Shown: positions 15,352-31,702 of the stretch, in pieces
Layout: each line of letters begins with the position of its first letter
Position numbering within the stretch: the stretch's first letter is position 1
Assembly: GCF_009914755.1 (NCBI RefSeq)
Contig: NC_060928.1
Length of the DNA: 64,000 nt
Reading direction: 5' to 3' (one strand)
From: the human T2T-CHM13v2.0 reference genome, Homo sapiens
Made by a program: the position numbers and the translations under genes
The notes under the pieces: generated by a model
Seen by the model: only the letters and a program-made list of their open reading frames with translations
Told to the model about the DNA's origin: nothing
The model's database searches: none

Positions 15352-17725
15352 GTGTTATAGTTTGAACATATCTCAAAAAATTCATATGTTGGAAACTCAA
15401 TCTCCAATGCTTGGGGTTGGGGCCTAATAAGAGGTAATTAGGTCATGAAGCCTTTGCCCTCATGAATGGATGAATGTCATTATCAAGGGAGTGGTTTATT
15501 TATCACAGAAGTAAGTTTATTAGAAAAATGAGTTTGCCCCCCTCATGTTCTCTCACTCCCACCCTCACCTATATGCCTTGTTCAATGGGATGACACGGCA
15601 CTAAGGTTCTCAAATACTCCTGGACTCCCCAGTCTTCAGAACCGTAAGCCAAATAAATTTCTGTTTATTGTAAATTACCCAGTATGTGATATTCTGCTCT
15701 AGCAAAATAAAATGGACTCAGACAGAAAATTGGTACTGAACAAGTGATGTTGTTGCTATAACAAGTACCTGAAAATATGAAAACAGCTTTGGAACTGCCG
15801 AATGTGCACTGATTAGAAGAATTTAGGAAAGCAGGCTAGGAAAAGCCTAGATTGCCATAAACAGAGCCTTAAGGGCTGTTGTGGGGAGGACTCAGAAGAA
15901 GAGAATAGCTGTAAGAAAAGTCTGAATCTTGTTAAAGATTACTTAAGTGGTCATGATCAAAATGTTGGTAGAAATGTGGACAGTAAAAGCCATTCTGATG
16001 AGGGCTGAGATAGAAACAAGGAATAGTTTATTGGAAACTGAAATAAAGCCTATATTTGTTATAAATTGACAAAGGATTTGGTTGAACTGTGTCCATTCTC
16101 AAGGGCTCTATGGAAGGTGCAATTTAAGTAAGAATGATAAACTATTAGGTTGGTTTTTGCCATTGGATGTAATGGCAAAAGTGCAATTACATCTGCACCA
16201 ACCTAATAGGATATCTGGTGGAAGAAATTTCTAAGCAAGATATTGAAAGACTTGCCTGGCTACTTTTAACTGCTTATAGTGAAGTGATAGAAGTCAGAAG
16301 TGATTTAAAGATGAAATTTATAATTAAAAGGGAAGCAGAATGAAAAGACTTGTAAAATGCTCAGCCTGCCATGTCAGGAATAGAAAAAAAAATAAAAAAT
16401 AAATAAAAACATGCTTGGGAGAGAACACTAAGAGTGTGGCCAAGTGAACATTTGCTAAAGTGATTAATATGGATAGAAGGAAGCCAGGTTCCATTTAACC
16501 AGACAATGAGAGAATGCTCTTGGAAGCATTTCAGAGACATCCCAGGTGAGCTAGAAACTTGAGGGCAAGGTTTTCAAAGAAGTGCCCATGGAACCTCAGA
16601 ATCTGCTGCCCTGTGACATCTAAAATTCAGGGATCCCTGAATTCTGGTGCAGCACCCCTCAGCCACCCCAGCTGTGGCTCAGGTGAGTCCAGGTGTGGCT
16701 TTACCCACTGTTCCAAAAGTTACAAGCCATAAACTTTGGGAGAACTCATGTGATTCTAATTCTGCAGACAAAATGCAAGAGCTATGTGGCCAAGATGGCC
16801 TCCGTCTAAATTTCAAAGGATGTCTTGGACAGTCTGGGGGCATAGACCTGTCACAGTAGTAGACACCACAGACAGCACCCACTAATGCAAAGCCTAATGG
16901 TGCTATGAGAGTGGAACAGTCCCTAAGACCCCAGAACTGTAAAGCCACTGGAGTGCAGCTCCAGGAACCCTGCAGTTGCAGGCATAAGATTTTAACCCAT
17001 GATAGCTTCTGGATGGATTGTGCCCGGCAAAGCCATAGGCATGGGGCTGCCTGAGACTTTGGGGGCCCAGTTCCTAACCCACTTTGTGCTCAGGATTCAG
17101 GACATGGAGTCAAAATAAATTGTTCTCCAGATTTAAGACTGAATGTTATTTTCCCTGTTGGGTTTTGGACTTGCTTGGGCCCAGTTACTCCTTTCTTTTC
17201 GTCTATTTCTCTCTTTTGAAGTGAGAATGTCTATTCTGTGCCTGTTTCACGATTGTATTTCATAACTTGTTAATTTCACAGGCTCACAGCTGGAAAATAA
17301 TTTGCCTCTGATGAATTGTGCCTTTAGTGTCACTTTGATTTAGATGAGACTCTGGACTTTGAACTTTTGAGTTGATGACTAGAACAAGTTAAGAATTTGA
17401 GACTATTGGGATAGAATGAATGTATTTTGCATTGTAAGAACATACATTTGGAGGACCAAGAATGGAATGCTATGGTTTGAATATGTCCCCAAAATTTATG
17501 TATTGAAAACTTAATCTCCAATGCAACACTGTTGGGAGGTGGGGCCTCGTAAGAGGTGATTATGTCATGAAAGCTTGGCCTGAAGGAATGGATTAATGTC
17601 ATTATCAAGGGAGTGAAATAGCTGTCACAAGAGTGGGTTTCTTTTAAAAGTGAGTTCAGCATATTTTGCTCTCTTGCTCTCACCCTCCCTTGCTCTTCCA
17701 CCTTCTGCCATGGGATGATGCAGAA
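15352..17725 (+). mobile_element. MaLR MST (MSTC/MSTD-like) LTR-internal-LTR element, right LTR incomplete
   Basis: Related LTR starts tgttatagtttgaa (~15352) and tgctatggtttgaa (~17468); internal region begins gaaaattggtactga (~15725). Confidence 0.8.
16145..16206. mobile_element. MADE1 (Hsmar1 MITE) with deletion in left arm
   Basis: TTAGGTTGGT...TGCACCAACCTAA inverted ends with TA on both sides (16143-16144, 16207-16208). Confidence 0.88.
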
Positions 17726-17726
17726 T

Positions 17727-18515
<789 letters not shown>

Positions 18516-18518
18516 ATA

Positions 18519-19238
18519 GGGATGGTTCTCAGCTTACAGTGATTTGGCTTACTATTTTCTGACTTTGTGATGGTAGCAGAAGCAATACAAATTCAGTAGA
18601 AACCATATTTCCAATTTTGAATTTTGATATCTTCCTGGTCTAGTGATATTCAGTAAGACACTCTCTAGCAAGGCTGAGCAGTGGCAGCGAGCAGTAGTTC
18701 CCATTCAGCCACGTGCTCACTGGGCTAAACTGACACTTGGTATCGTCCTGAAGAACACTATTGCTGCTGACCCATAAACAAGTGTCCGTGTTCCAGTGCC
18801 TTCTATCAGCTCTTCTTAAGCCTCACTGGAAGAGAGAGAAATTGATGACCCTGTGGCTGTAGCACCCCCATCATTCAAAAATTAATTTTAGTTCAATTCT
18901 TCAAACATATTTCAGGCCCAGTGTGCTTTCAGCTGTATGTGCTAGTGGTGGGTACTCATACAACCATTCTGTTTTTCACTTTCAGTACAATATTCAATAA
19001 ATGACATGAGATATTCAACATTTCATTCTAAAATAGGCTTTGTGGTAGGTTATTTTGCCCAACTTTAAGTTAATGTAAGTGTTCTGTGCATGTTTAAGGT
19101 AGGCTAGGCTTATCTATGATGTTAAATAGATTAGCATATTAAATGCATTTTTGATTTACAGTATTTTCAACTTATCAAGATATTTCAATAAATCAGATTT
19201 ATTGGGATATAACTCCATTGTAAGTCAAGGAGCATTTG
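18519..19238. mobile_element. TcMar-Tigger DNA transposon (MER47/Tigger5-like)
   Basis: Degenerate inverted ends gatggttctcagcttacagtg / cattgtaagtcaaggagcatttg followed by TA. Confidence 0.65.
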
Positions 19239-20374
19239 TACATAGTTCTTACTATACCACTATATCACATTTGCCCATGGCTTGGACTTATGTAAATGGT
19301 TACCATTAGAAGCACAATAAAATTTCATTGATTTTTAGATGTATTGGCCTTGACATTCATGATGGTACAATGATATCTGAAGGGCTGTTCCATTGTCACA
19401 AGTGAATTCCTATTTACAGACCCTTTGAATCCACCAACAAAAAGTGTATTAAAAGATCAATGAATATGTATGTGTTGAATATCTACTGCATGCCTGGCTA
19501 TGCTCATAGCCTTCAAGAGCCACAACAATTCCTGAAACAAAATCATACTCCCATTTAACATATCAGCCAACTGACCCTCTTGAATGGTTAATCAAATTTG
19601 CCCAGCATTACCCAGATTTTAAGTGATGATGCCAAAATTTAAAACCTCGTTTTCTAACTGAGAGGGAAATAAACAGATAAACAGAGAAGAAAATGTAAAT
19701 CACAGACGAATTGGATACTTGAAGTGCATATCAGAAATAGGTACAGTCTTTAATTGTGTGGAAAATGTAAATTGCTACTAAAGATAGAACTTCCAAATTA
19801 AAGAAAGTAGAAATAGAGTCTGCCATATATTGTCTTTTGAGTGCTGCGAACAGCTTTTAATATCCAGTGTTAAATGTCTCAGCAATAGTCTTTTATGTCT
19901 GATGAATTGTCTAAGAGGTTTTGCAGGTCTGTCAGGGTTTGTGCTTTCATATAACACAAAGTTTTCCAAGCTGACTCCAGCCTGTAATTTGTTCTAAGTG
20001 TATCTTTTCTTCACATGGTTTGGTTGAGCCATAAAAACATTCAGAGGAAGCAACATAGTGTGCACGCCTGGATTCTACTTGTAGAATAAATTGATTTATG
20101 CAAAATCACTTAATCACCATCACATGGGATCAAAAGAGGAGTGAACTGGCCACATTCCTTAGGTCAAAATAGTTGAAATTACATAGCAAGCCCAAGGACT
20201 TATAATAATGATAACTTACATTTGTATAATGAACACTAATATCCTGAAAGCTTACACTTACATTAATCTCCCTTTTTAAGTATGACCACATAACCATTAA
20301 GCACTTGTTCTGTCAATTTCATTGTCAAGGAACAACCAGGTATGGAAGCTAGTCTCAACAGAGGGCCCCCCTGT

Positions 20375-20834
20375 GAACCACGCCTCCAATTATTCTGCCT
20401 CTTTTGTGGTCTTTTCCCACACTGAATTTGGGCCGGCCTTGTTGAAACATTAAATGTGACAATAGTTTCACTATGTAACATTTGCAACTTTTGACTTGGT
20501 TTCTTGGAACATTCTGGGGAAAGCCAGCTACCATATAAAAAGTTCCACCAATAACTCTAAGTTGGCCATGCTGTGAGGAAACCCAAGTTGGCCACATGGA
20601 GGTGTTACAGTTATCCCAACATGAGATTAAAGAAGCCATCTTGGCCATCCAGATGAGGTTAGTCTTCAGATGACTACAGTCCTAGCCACCACCTGACTAC
20701 AACCAGGTAAGCCCCCAAGCAAGACTTTCTCAGATGTTTCCAATTTACCCACAGAACCATAAGAGGTAATAGATTGTTTCTTTATACAGTAAATTTTGGA
20801 GTGGTTTGTTATATAGCCTTAGGTAACTGGAACA
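20375..20834 (+). mobile_element. MaLR LTR (MLT1F/G/H-like)
   Basis: Ends ttttggagtggtttgttatatagccttaggtaactggaaca. Confidence 0.6.
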
Positions 20835-21404
20835 CCCAGTATGTTTAGCTATTATTGTTTTTCCTGCAGTACCAAAAACACTACTAAATGAGGAGCATAA
20901 TTTCAATCAAGTCTCAGCTGGGTATCTGCTTTATGCAGAGAACTGTGTGGTGCATTTTTCTCCATAGTAAGCAACAGACCTTCACTTGGAGAGCAAGGGA
21001 TTAGACAACAGATACGCAGTGTGATAGATATTACGAAGTAGTTCTGAGTTCTCCCTTGGATTCTGCTGCTACCTACATTACTTTACTCCTCCAGATCTCA
21101 AATCCTTCTATAAAAAAAGAAGTTTGGCTAAAATGACCGGTATGTTCCCTTTCAACTCTATCAGCTGATGGAGCCGCAGTTGTGTGTATGTGCTTTTTGT
21201 TTTTTTTTTTTTTATCTCAAAGGATATAATTAAAATTTGACAATTGTCATCTCTGAATAATCTTGCTGTAAGGCTCTGGTTAATATACAATGGAAATGCA
21301 TTCCTTGGGTAACAAAAATCCATACATTTCGTTTGTTTTCAAGGGAGCATACAGAAAAGTGAGCATGAGGCAAGATGAATAGACTAGATAATAGAATTAC
21401 ACTT

Positions 21405-21978
21405 TGAATTAATTACCTATTACCTAACAAATTACTACAAACTTAGCAGCTTAAACCAATATACACCTATTCTCTCAACTTCCCTATGATAGGAGTCCAA
21501 TCACATCCTACCTCTGCTGTGGCCTTCCCAAGCAGCGATCAAGATTTCAGACAGATGACTTTCTTATCCAGAGCTTGGGGCCCTCTTTCAAGCTCACGTG
21601 TTGTTGCAAAAATTTAGTCTTTGAAACTGGAATATTGAGATCTTTGCTTTCTTTTTGGATATTGGCTGGGGACACTCTCAGCTACTACTGGACACTGCAG
21701 TCCCTTGCTACATGGCCCTCTCAAAGGCCTCTCACAGCATGGCAGGTGATGCCTTCAAAGCCAGTAGAAGAATCTCCCCAGTGTGCTAAGTTGGAGTCTT
21801 ACATAACACAATGTCATTATAGCCCATCACCTTTGCCATATAAAGTACTCTAACCAAGAGAGTAAGTGACTCATCTTATTTATAACTTCTGCTCATATTC
21901 AAGGCGAGGGGTCTATGCAGGGTTTGTACACAAGTGGGTGGAAACCAAGGGAGCCATTCTAGAATTCTGCCTGCCACA
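21405..21978 (-). mobile_element. MaLR LTR (MLT1E/F-like)
   Basis: taacaaattactacaaacttagcagcttaaacca ... gccattctagaattctgcctgccaca. Confidence 0.65.
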
Positions 21979-22094
21979 GCCTTTTTTGCTGATATTTATA
22001 TTAAGTTTCTGGTCTCTATCTTTGCCTTCTTTGTGTTCTAGCTCTTTTTATGAACAAACATGTTGTAGAAGAGATTCTCTTTTGCATTGACAGC

Positions 22095-22320
22095 ATTATA
22101 ACCTAGAGGTAAAGCATTTTATTTATGAAGAGAACACGCAGGAGATAAATCTGGCTCTACTATTTACTAGCCATGTGACCTTAGGCAAATTACTTAATGT
22201 CTCTGTGCTTTGGTTCCCCATCCATATATAAAAGAAGCGAAACAGTAGCATTTGTCTCATAGGTTGATATGAAGGTTAAATGATATAATACCTAGGTTTT
22301 AATAAACACATGAGTGTTAT
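22095..22320 (+). mobile_element. MIR SINE
   Basis: ctggctctactatttactagccatgtgaccttaggcaaattacttaatgtctctgtgc matches MIR core. Confidence 0.7.
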
Positions 22321-22459
22321 TCCTTTACTTTCTGTCGAAGATGATACCAGCCATGAGAGCTAACTAGGAATTAGAAAGACTCACTTTTACATATTTGGAG
22401 AGTTTATGAAATTGTGATCTCTTATATGTCCATTGTCCATTTTCCATAAATTGTTCATA

Positions 22460-22620
22460 GAATCTCTGTGAAGAAGGTATAATTATCCCTATTTTACAGA
22501 AAGGTACTGGAAGTTCAGAGAAGTTAAGGAAATTGCCCAAGGTCACATAGCTGTGAAAAAGGCTGAGATAAACTTCTAAATTCATGTCTTCAGAATCCGA
22601 GGTCAGAGCTCTTTTCAGTA
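22460..22620 (-). mobile_element. MIR SINE
   Basis: attatccctattttacaga...gttaaggaaattgcccaaggtcacatagct. Confidence 0.7.
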
Positions 22621-25504
22621 TGCCAACATGAGAAAGTGGTATTAGACCTGTTCATTATGGCACTGTGTGGTAGAACTCAGATGCATGAGAGAAAGCTGGG
22701 GGATGTAGGTCGAGGTACAGTAAGTATGAATTTCAATAGCCAGTTTGGAGATATAATGGGTTACCTTGGAGAACTATTCATTGGTTCAATATTCAAGAAG
22801 AGGTCATATAGTAAGGCATAGTGAAAAGAGCTTGGGTATTAGGGTGATCTGTTCGATTAATAAATATTTATAGCTCCTATGTCAAGTATGGTTACTATTT
22901 GATGTGGATCTAATGGTAAACAAACACAGGAAGCTTGAATTGATTATTTCCCCTGAGGTTTGTGAAGATTACATAAAACAGCTTATTTTAAAGTACCTAC
23001 CAGTGTCTGGGCCAGAAAGGCTACTTCCAGGAGGCGGGCCAGATCATGAGGCTGCGATGTGGTAGAAGGGGCTTTCGCGTAAAACTGACAACTAGTCTAG
23101 AGTTACCCTTCAATCCACAAACAAGTATTAATACTCCTTACTTACCATGTACCAGGCACTGTGTTAAGTGCCAGAGGGTTGCAATCAAAAGAAAGAGACA
23201 TCCATGTATTAGTTCTAAGTGGAATATTTATCAAACAATAGAAATACAAGATGTTGCTACATAAGATGGAGCAATACCTTCATATTTGTTGGGCCCAGAA
23301 TTGTTTTATGAAGTTGAAATTTAAGTTTGATATTGATGCATTATACTATTTTGGTAGTCCGATAAGCTAATAAAAGAGCCTACTACTTGGTAACAATTTC
23401 AGCCATTATTGAATTTAACACTTTGCTATTTGCTAGCCAATAAAATAGACTCATTCTCTGCTATATCTCATTTAATTGGAAGAATTCTAATAACTCCGTG
23501 GGTTGATCATGTTATGCATGTAAAATACAGAGAGAAGAAAACATGCATGCAAGGTTAAGACTTTAGAGTGGATGGTCTAGAAGCAAAGTCTGAGGGGGGA
23601 TTCCTGTTTTCTTGGGAAACACATTTACTGAGAATAGGGTAGCAGAAGAAATGAGTAAGGTAATGTGGGAAAAGGATGAAGTTTCGGAAGAAATAAGTAA
23701 AAGTACAGTTTCAGGAGAAGTCTAGCCTCAGCCTGATCTCACGAGGAGCTCTGAGCATGAGTTGCACCAGAGGTTGTCCTGCCTGGAGGCAATGAGGGTG
23801 GACTGTTACCCTACTACCCCCATGCCCCATCCCACATGGGTCAGTCAATCATTAGTCATGCCCTAACCCTAGGAAAGCAGGGGAGTGGGGTGGACAACAT
23901 TTCTCAGGCATCTTCAGGTAAGAAAACTCCTGCCAACTAAGAGAAATCCTTCAGAAAATAGTACAGAAGACAATCTTTGTGGCAGCTGGGGTTGAGAGCA
24001 CTTCCCTGGTAAATGAGCTCTGGATGGAGCATTAACAGCAATAGCTACAGTCACATAGCTGGGAAGCAGAGGAGGAAAAAAGGCAGCGCATTTCTGCCGA
24101 CTGGTTCAAAACCAGTTTTGGTCTGTCTCCTAAAGTCCCAAATGTTTTTAACCACTAAGTAACATATGCACTGGGTTTATAGTTTTTACCTACTTTATCT
24201 CATTGAGTTGGAGTTTTCCCCCAACAGAGTACAGTACATATCTGCCCATTTTTATGGAGAAGGAAATGGAGGTTCTCAGAGTCTGAATCTAAGATCCCAT
24301 GGTCAGTGATTGGTACAGCTAGGATGCACACCCAGGTCTTCTGGCTCTCTCTCTTTGCTGTTATCTAACTGAGAAATTTGGGCAAAATAGAGTAAAGGTC
24401 TTGACATCAGGGATAACTAAAGCACCAAGGTCATTTTCTACATCAAAACACTTTAGTGAAGCAGCTAAATCCGATGATGTCCTCTTTAGCTTTGGCCTTC
24501 TCTCACTGTGTGCTGTTTGGAGAACTCTGTTATGTTGCTCTGGCCTTTAACTCAGGCTCAGTCTTCCGAAATGAGCTGCTGCCGGTTAGGAGCATGTTTT
24601 ATCACGTCCCTGTTGCATCAAATCCCAGCCACTGCTTTGCTTGAAGGTAATCTTGATATCACCCTAACTGTCCAACTCCAAATCCTAGATGCCCATAATT
24701 TCCCTTACAGGCTCTGCCTAATAGACAGATGCATATGCTTTATATCTTCCTCCACTTACCCACAAATAGATGGACTGAAAAGGAGCAGAGACATCGGAGA
24801 CAAAATTTCATTTGTAAGAAGTAATGGCTCTATCAACATGGGCAAGCCCTTTAATTTCTGAGTTTATTTTTCTGTAAAATTAGTAGCCCATTTTCTACTT
24901 CCTAGGGTTGTTATATAGGTTAGAAGCAATATATTTAAAATACCAAGCACATGGCAGGTGTGCAACAAATGATAGCTATTTTTATGCAACAGATACACCT
25001 GCACAGGAGCCAAATTCACATGGGTGCCTGCTAAGTAAGCTTCCAACACTCCAGCCTTGGAAAGCAGTAGCTTCTCATTGAGTTTAACACATTTGACATG
25101 CCACTCAGACAAATCTCTTGCCTACCTCTACCCTCTACCCCCAGCCTCTCCCCGTGACCACTGTCTTCATGTCTCAAGCTTCCCTTGTTCAGAATGCCCT
25201 GCTCTGGTGACACTACTGCCATTCGTGCGTGCCCCAGCTTTATGGCAATTCCTCCATGAAGCCTTCCCACAGGAAGGTCAGGGTCTCTGTGGCCCACAAG
25301 TTAAGTGACCTGCCCTGACATGCGACCTCTGGGAAGATTCTCTATTTCTTAATATTTCTGAGAAATGACATTCTGGAGAGGGTCTCTGATATTTTTCACC
25401 TTCTTTTGTGATTTGTGATGTCAACATTTTCCATTTCTGGACTATTTCCCTGGAGTGAGCAAGAATCCTTTCTTCTGAAAAAAATGACTTGAAGTCAGGA
25501 TTAC

Positions 25505-25834
25505 TTTTTTATTTTTTTATTATTAATTTATCTTTTTTTTTTTTTTTTTTTTTTGAGATGGAGTCTTGCTCTGTTGCCCAGGCTGGAGTGCAGTGGCATC
25601 ATCTCGGCCCCCTGCAACCTCCACCTGCCAGGTTCAAGTGGTTCTCTTGCCTCAGTGTCCTGAGTAGCTGGGATTACAGGCACTCGCCACCATGCCTGGC
25701 ACATTTTTGTATTTTTAGTAGAGATGGGGTTTCACCATGTTGGTCAGGCTGGTCTTGAACTCCTGACCTCGTGATTCACCTGTCTTGGCCTCCCAAAGTG
25801 CTGGGATTACAGGCGTGAGCCACTACACCCGGCC
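25505..25834 (-). mobile_element. AluS (Sg-like)
   Basis: T-rich tail then full antisense dimer ending cccggcc; ctgacctcgtga variant. Confidence 0.9.
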
Positions 25835-28444
25835 AGGACCACTTTTTAAATCTCAGTTTCCTCTTCTCTATAAGGGGGCTAGTTGATTTCTCTCAGGAAT
25901 GTTGCTGAACTGAATGCCAAACCATGGAACACATTCCCCCACCCATTCTATACACAGCTAAATGTCTTTGCCTTTGTACTCCAAGACCCTCTGTACTTTT
26001 ATTAAAGTCCAGAACAAACAGTTAATGACTACTGGTTCCTGTTGTATTTTCTTTTTATATTCTTGAGGACTCAATACCATGTTGAGCATGTGGTAGGGGA
26101 TCAAAAAAGTAAATTTTAATGAATAATGGTGACCTGTGACACCACCCCTGTAAGCAGCAGGCACGCTAGGCATCGGCCTCTCCTGCCCTCCATCTCCTTT
26201 CAGTTGGGTAAGCCTCCAAGCACAGAAGGAGTAAAGCACCCTGTGCTCAGAGGCATGTCACTTTTCCTAAACTTGCAAACCTTCAGGTTGTGAGCTGATA
26301 ACCAAATGGTGTTAAAAGGATTTCAACCCTATCTGATTCCAGGAGGAAGGGAAAGGGAAGGGGCTGTTCTGACTCTGGAGTGTCAAGTGTGTGAATATTC
26401 CAAATCTAATAGCTGAGGCTTGGTTCAGTTGTTCTCACTTGCCTCTCTGGAAGGACCCACCTAGATCCCCCAGGCTGCTCCCGGGCCGGGGTGGTCTGGA
26501 CAGGAGACCCACCCCTTCCACTGACACCTGTCTCTGTTAATGGAATTGGTAGAAGGCATGTTTTGGAGGGACCGGGTGCTATTAGGCTCCTGAGTCACTG
26601 CATTTTGGCCCTGTAAGGACAGCCCAGGGTCTACTACAGGGCCTCCTTTGAATTTGACAGTGCTTGGTGAGATCTAGCAATAAATACCTTGGGTAAGTCT
26701 GGAGTGATGGTTTCTTACACAGTGTACCTTCTCAATGACTGGCTGGGGTTGTACCAAAAATGAATGAACAGATAGTGCCACTAGGACCTCTGATCCCTTG
26801 CTCATGGTAGACTCATTTGAACATTCCTTTAGCCACGACTCTGCACCCCCAAATGAAAACATATTGAATTTACATTCACTGATCATTTTACACTGGACCA
26901 CCGCCTCCATCGACTATGCCAGTCCCAGCAGCTAGATTATATTCCATGTGCTGGTCCTGTCTTCCTCCACTCCTCCCCGCTGCCTCTTGCATCCACAGTT
27001 CATGCTTCTACCAGACCATCCCTGTCAGGGGACAGGAATTTACAGGCAGTTTGCAAAGAGCATCTTCTTCAGTCAGAGACTCTCATTGCAGTTTCCTTTC
27101 AGTCACCATATTCCTGAACAGGCTTGGAAACTTGACTTAACCTTGCTGGGCCCTCTTATTTCTTCAGCTCTTCAAGGAGTATGGTAAAAGCAAGATCCAA
27201 CGATGTGCTGCAGAGGGAGGCTCTCTGCCTATTGAAAAGTACCATGTCCACCAGGGGCCTGCTGTAAATATTTCTGCTACTTCCTCTGGGGGAGATGATG
27301 GCTTAATGACAACTTTAATGGATTCTAAAGAGGAAGGCATCCTCTCTGCTCTCTGTTCATGATATGGGGTGGGGCATAGGCCATGCTAAGGTCAGGTCAG
27401 GCTGGAGCTGCTGAAACGTACCAAGGTGACTCACTTCCCTGATAACACTGCTGAGAAAAATGCAGGCTTCTTCTTGCCCTTCCTGTATCTGGGACACACC
27501 TCTTAGGATGGAAGATATTTGGCACCTGGGAAGAAATGTTAAGTCAGGTCAGGAAGAACTGGCTCTGAGTCTGGGCTTTTCCTTTTGAGTTCAGAAAGAG
27601 TTGGGTAAAAACTAAATACATAAATAACCTGTGCTTTGGCTCTGAGTAGCCTCTAAGCCTGAGTTTATAGTCAATGTGACCTTGGGCAAGTTTCTCATGT
27701 TCTCTGGGCCTAATTCCTCCTCTTTGAAATTTCCATAATAATATCTGCATCCTGGGGTTGCTTGGAGAAATTTCAATGAGTTCTTAAGTGTAGGAGATGA
27801 TTAATAACGTCCATTTCTGTCATTTTCCTGCGGTATAAACCATGTCAGGAAGCCGGTTTATTTTGCTTGTTTGTATTTTCTCTTTTACTGTAATGAATGT
27901 TTTATTTTTATTAAAATCCAATGGGTTTAATTCTGTAAAAGGCTGACTGCATGAAGAATGCATGAAAAAACTGAGGATAAGAAGGGTTTATGTGACCATC
28001 TCCAACAAGCTGGCTGCTCAGGGGCAGAAGTAAAACTGAACTCCAGCCACTCCTCTGGGGGCAGGTACAGTGGTTCTCTTAGGTGCTACCTTCAACTCTG
28101 CCCTTTTCTCTTTTTAACTTCAACACTTGGGAACTTACTTTTTCTTTCACATTCAGGACTCCAAATTTAGAGTTGATTTTGAAACATACACATATTTATG
28201 TCTCAGTGCATATGGAATATATGTCTATAATGCCAATGTGTCTTTCAGGAAGTAAGCAGACTTTCAGACTAAGCAAAAGACTACTACCCTTTTAGTCAGC
28301 CTTTCACAGAACCGACAGGATGAAGACACGCATAGATTTCGCAGTTTCTCTTTTCTATTCTAATTGGCTTTCTGGAGGCCAGCTGCCACCTGGGGCAAAG
28401 TATCCAGGTCCAAGATCATTCTGAAGGCCAAGGGTTTAATCCTC

Positions 28445-28450
28445 TTTATT
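28445..28450 (-). terminator. HS3ST1: Probable HS3ST1 proximal polyadenylation signal (AATAAA)
   Basis: TTTATT on plus strand ~690 nt past the stop codon; further candidates at ~27856 and ~27901. Confidence 0.6.
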
Positions 28451-29139
28451 ATAACTGCTGAGATCAGAAGCATGTGCAAATATTCTTTGAGGTCAAGATG
28501 GATCCCAAGAGACCTCTAGCCAGTCACTAACTGCTTCTCCATCCTGAATATTGCTTTGTTTACTTGAAGTTTACACATGGGAATGAGTAAAACTGTGACC
28601 TCCAAAAATGACAAGGAATCGCCGAGGAGATAAATCTTACAATCCAAGTAAAAATAAATCTGATGATCACAATGAGACATTAAAAATTAAAAAGAGCAAT
28701 GCAGAAAGGAGAGGGGAGAGAGAGGATTGTAATAGCCATGAAAAACATGTTTTTTTAAGTAACAAAAGAATTTAGATTTTGCAATGATTGCAACACAGAC
28801 AGCTATTTTGAGTTGGGGGCAAGTTAATTATATTCAAAAAAACATAGCGTCTCCAGAAAAAATCTTTTTTTTTTTTTCAGTGAAATAGTTTAGTTCCTTC
28901 ATATAGAGACATATTACACAATGTTAACAACCATGAAAAACAATACAAAATGCCCTCCATTTAACAAGTAGAAAAATATAACTAGTATATATGGCAATTG
29001 TGAATCTAATACTGTACAGAAGTACTTTATGGATTTTACAAATAAATTATACCTTAAATGCTTTTTTAAAATTCTTTTTCCCCTCAGATGTACACCAGAA
29101 CTTACAGTAGGAAAGTTTCTGAGCTTAGCTTATTGCAAA

Positions 29140-30171
<1,032 letters not shown>

Positions 30172-30299
30172 CTAGGGAACAAAAAGGGAAGATATTAACA
30201 TATAACAAATACAGGGATAATTCAACTAACAACTCTGTAGCCACTCTGTAGTGAGGCCTATATTCACCTCCCCAGGACTCTCAGTTTCTTATCCTATAC

Positions 30300-30625
30300 A
30301 GGAGCCGATGGCAAACATTTTCTGCAAAAGTCCAGAGAATAAGTATTTTAGGCTTTAGGGGACATACTTTATGCCAACTCCAACTCCAACCGTGCTATTA
30401 TAGATGAAATGCAGCCATAGACAACACACAAGGGAATGGGTGTGGTTGTGTTCCAAGAACACTCTATTTATGGGCACTGAGTGAATTTCATATAATTTTC
30501 ACGTGTCATTAAATATTATTTTCCTTTTTACTATTGTTATTTTTTGCAATCATTTTATATGTTTAGCTGGCTGCATACAACCAGGCCAGGTTTGCCTCCC
30601 TAGTCAGAGCATGCTAACCCTTGCT
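30300..30625. mobile_element. hAT-Charlie MITE (MER58-like)
   Basis: ggcaaacattttctgcaaaagtccaga...gcagccatagacaac...gtgttccaagaacactctatttat. Confidence 0.7.
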
Positions 30626-30794
30626 ATAAAGGAAAGGGTTGGGAAGACCCTTTGGAACTCAGCAAAAATCAATAAAATATCTACTACTCACCAGTCCCTG
30701 GCAAAGGGGCAGGTGATATAGAAGCAGGCTTTGTTCCTGCCCCCACTCTTCCAGCCAGGGGCTCCTAATCTAACAGAGCATGTGAATTAGTATG

Positions 30795-31118
30795 AAAGAT
30801 TGCATGATTAGTCCCAATTCTTCACCTTGTGTCCAACTCTTGAATTGGCCTTGCTACTAGCATATGAGCAGATGTGACAACGTATCAGTCCCCAGCCTGG
30901 CTGCAAGAGGCCTTGTGTGTTTTTGCTCACCCTCTTTCACTCTTGGCTTTGCCATGAGAAGAATATGCCCTGGCTAGCCCATGGTCCCAGAGGGAGGATG
31001 AAAGACACACAGAGCCATCCCAGCTCATGAGTGAAGATGCATGATTGTGGTTTTAAGCCCCTGAGTTTTGGAGTGGTTTGTATTGCAGCGGGAAATTGGC
31101 AAAAGTTAATTGACGCAG
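30795..31118 (+). mobile_element. MaLR LTR (MLT1-type) fragment
   Basis: ttgccatgagaagaatatgccctggctagcc ... ttttaagcccctgagttttggagtggtttgt. Confidence 0.6.
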
Positions 31119-31326
31119 CCTGACTGTAGGCATCAGGGAGATATATGTTATGATTGTAATTTTGGTAGGGTACTATGAAGACACATGTTCATTCATTTTG
31201 CCTAAAATAATTGGGGATGGTTTCACAGTGGAGGAAACATTTGAAATAGGCCTGGAGGGATAAACAAGTGAAATTACTACAAAGTGCAAAAAAGCCTTCA
31301 TTTGTACAAAGCTTTACTATTGATAA

Positions 31327-31702
<376 letters not shown>

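Noticed and set aside
25489-25758. Alu-derived ORFs here and at 34212-34535 and 40748-41053
   Set aside because: Typical antisense-Alu translations.
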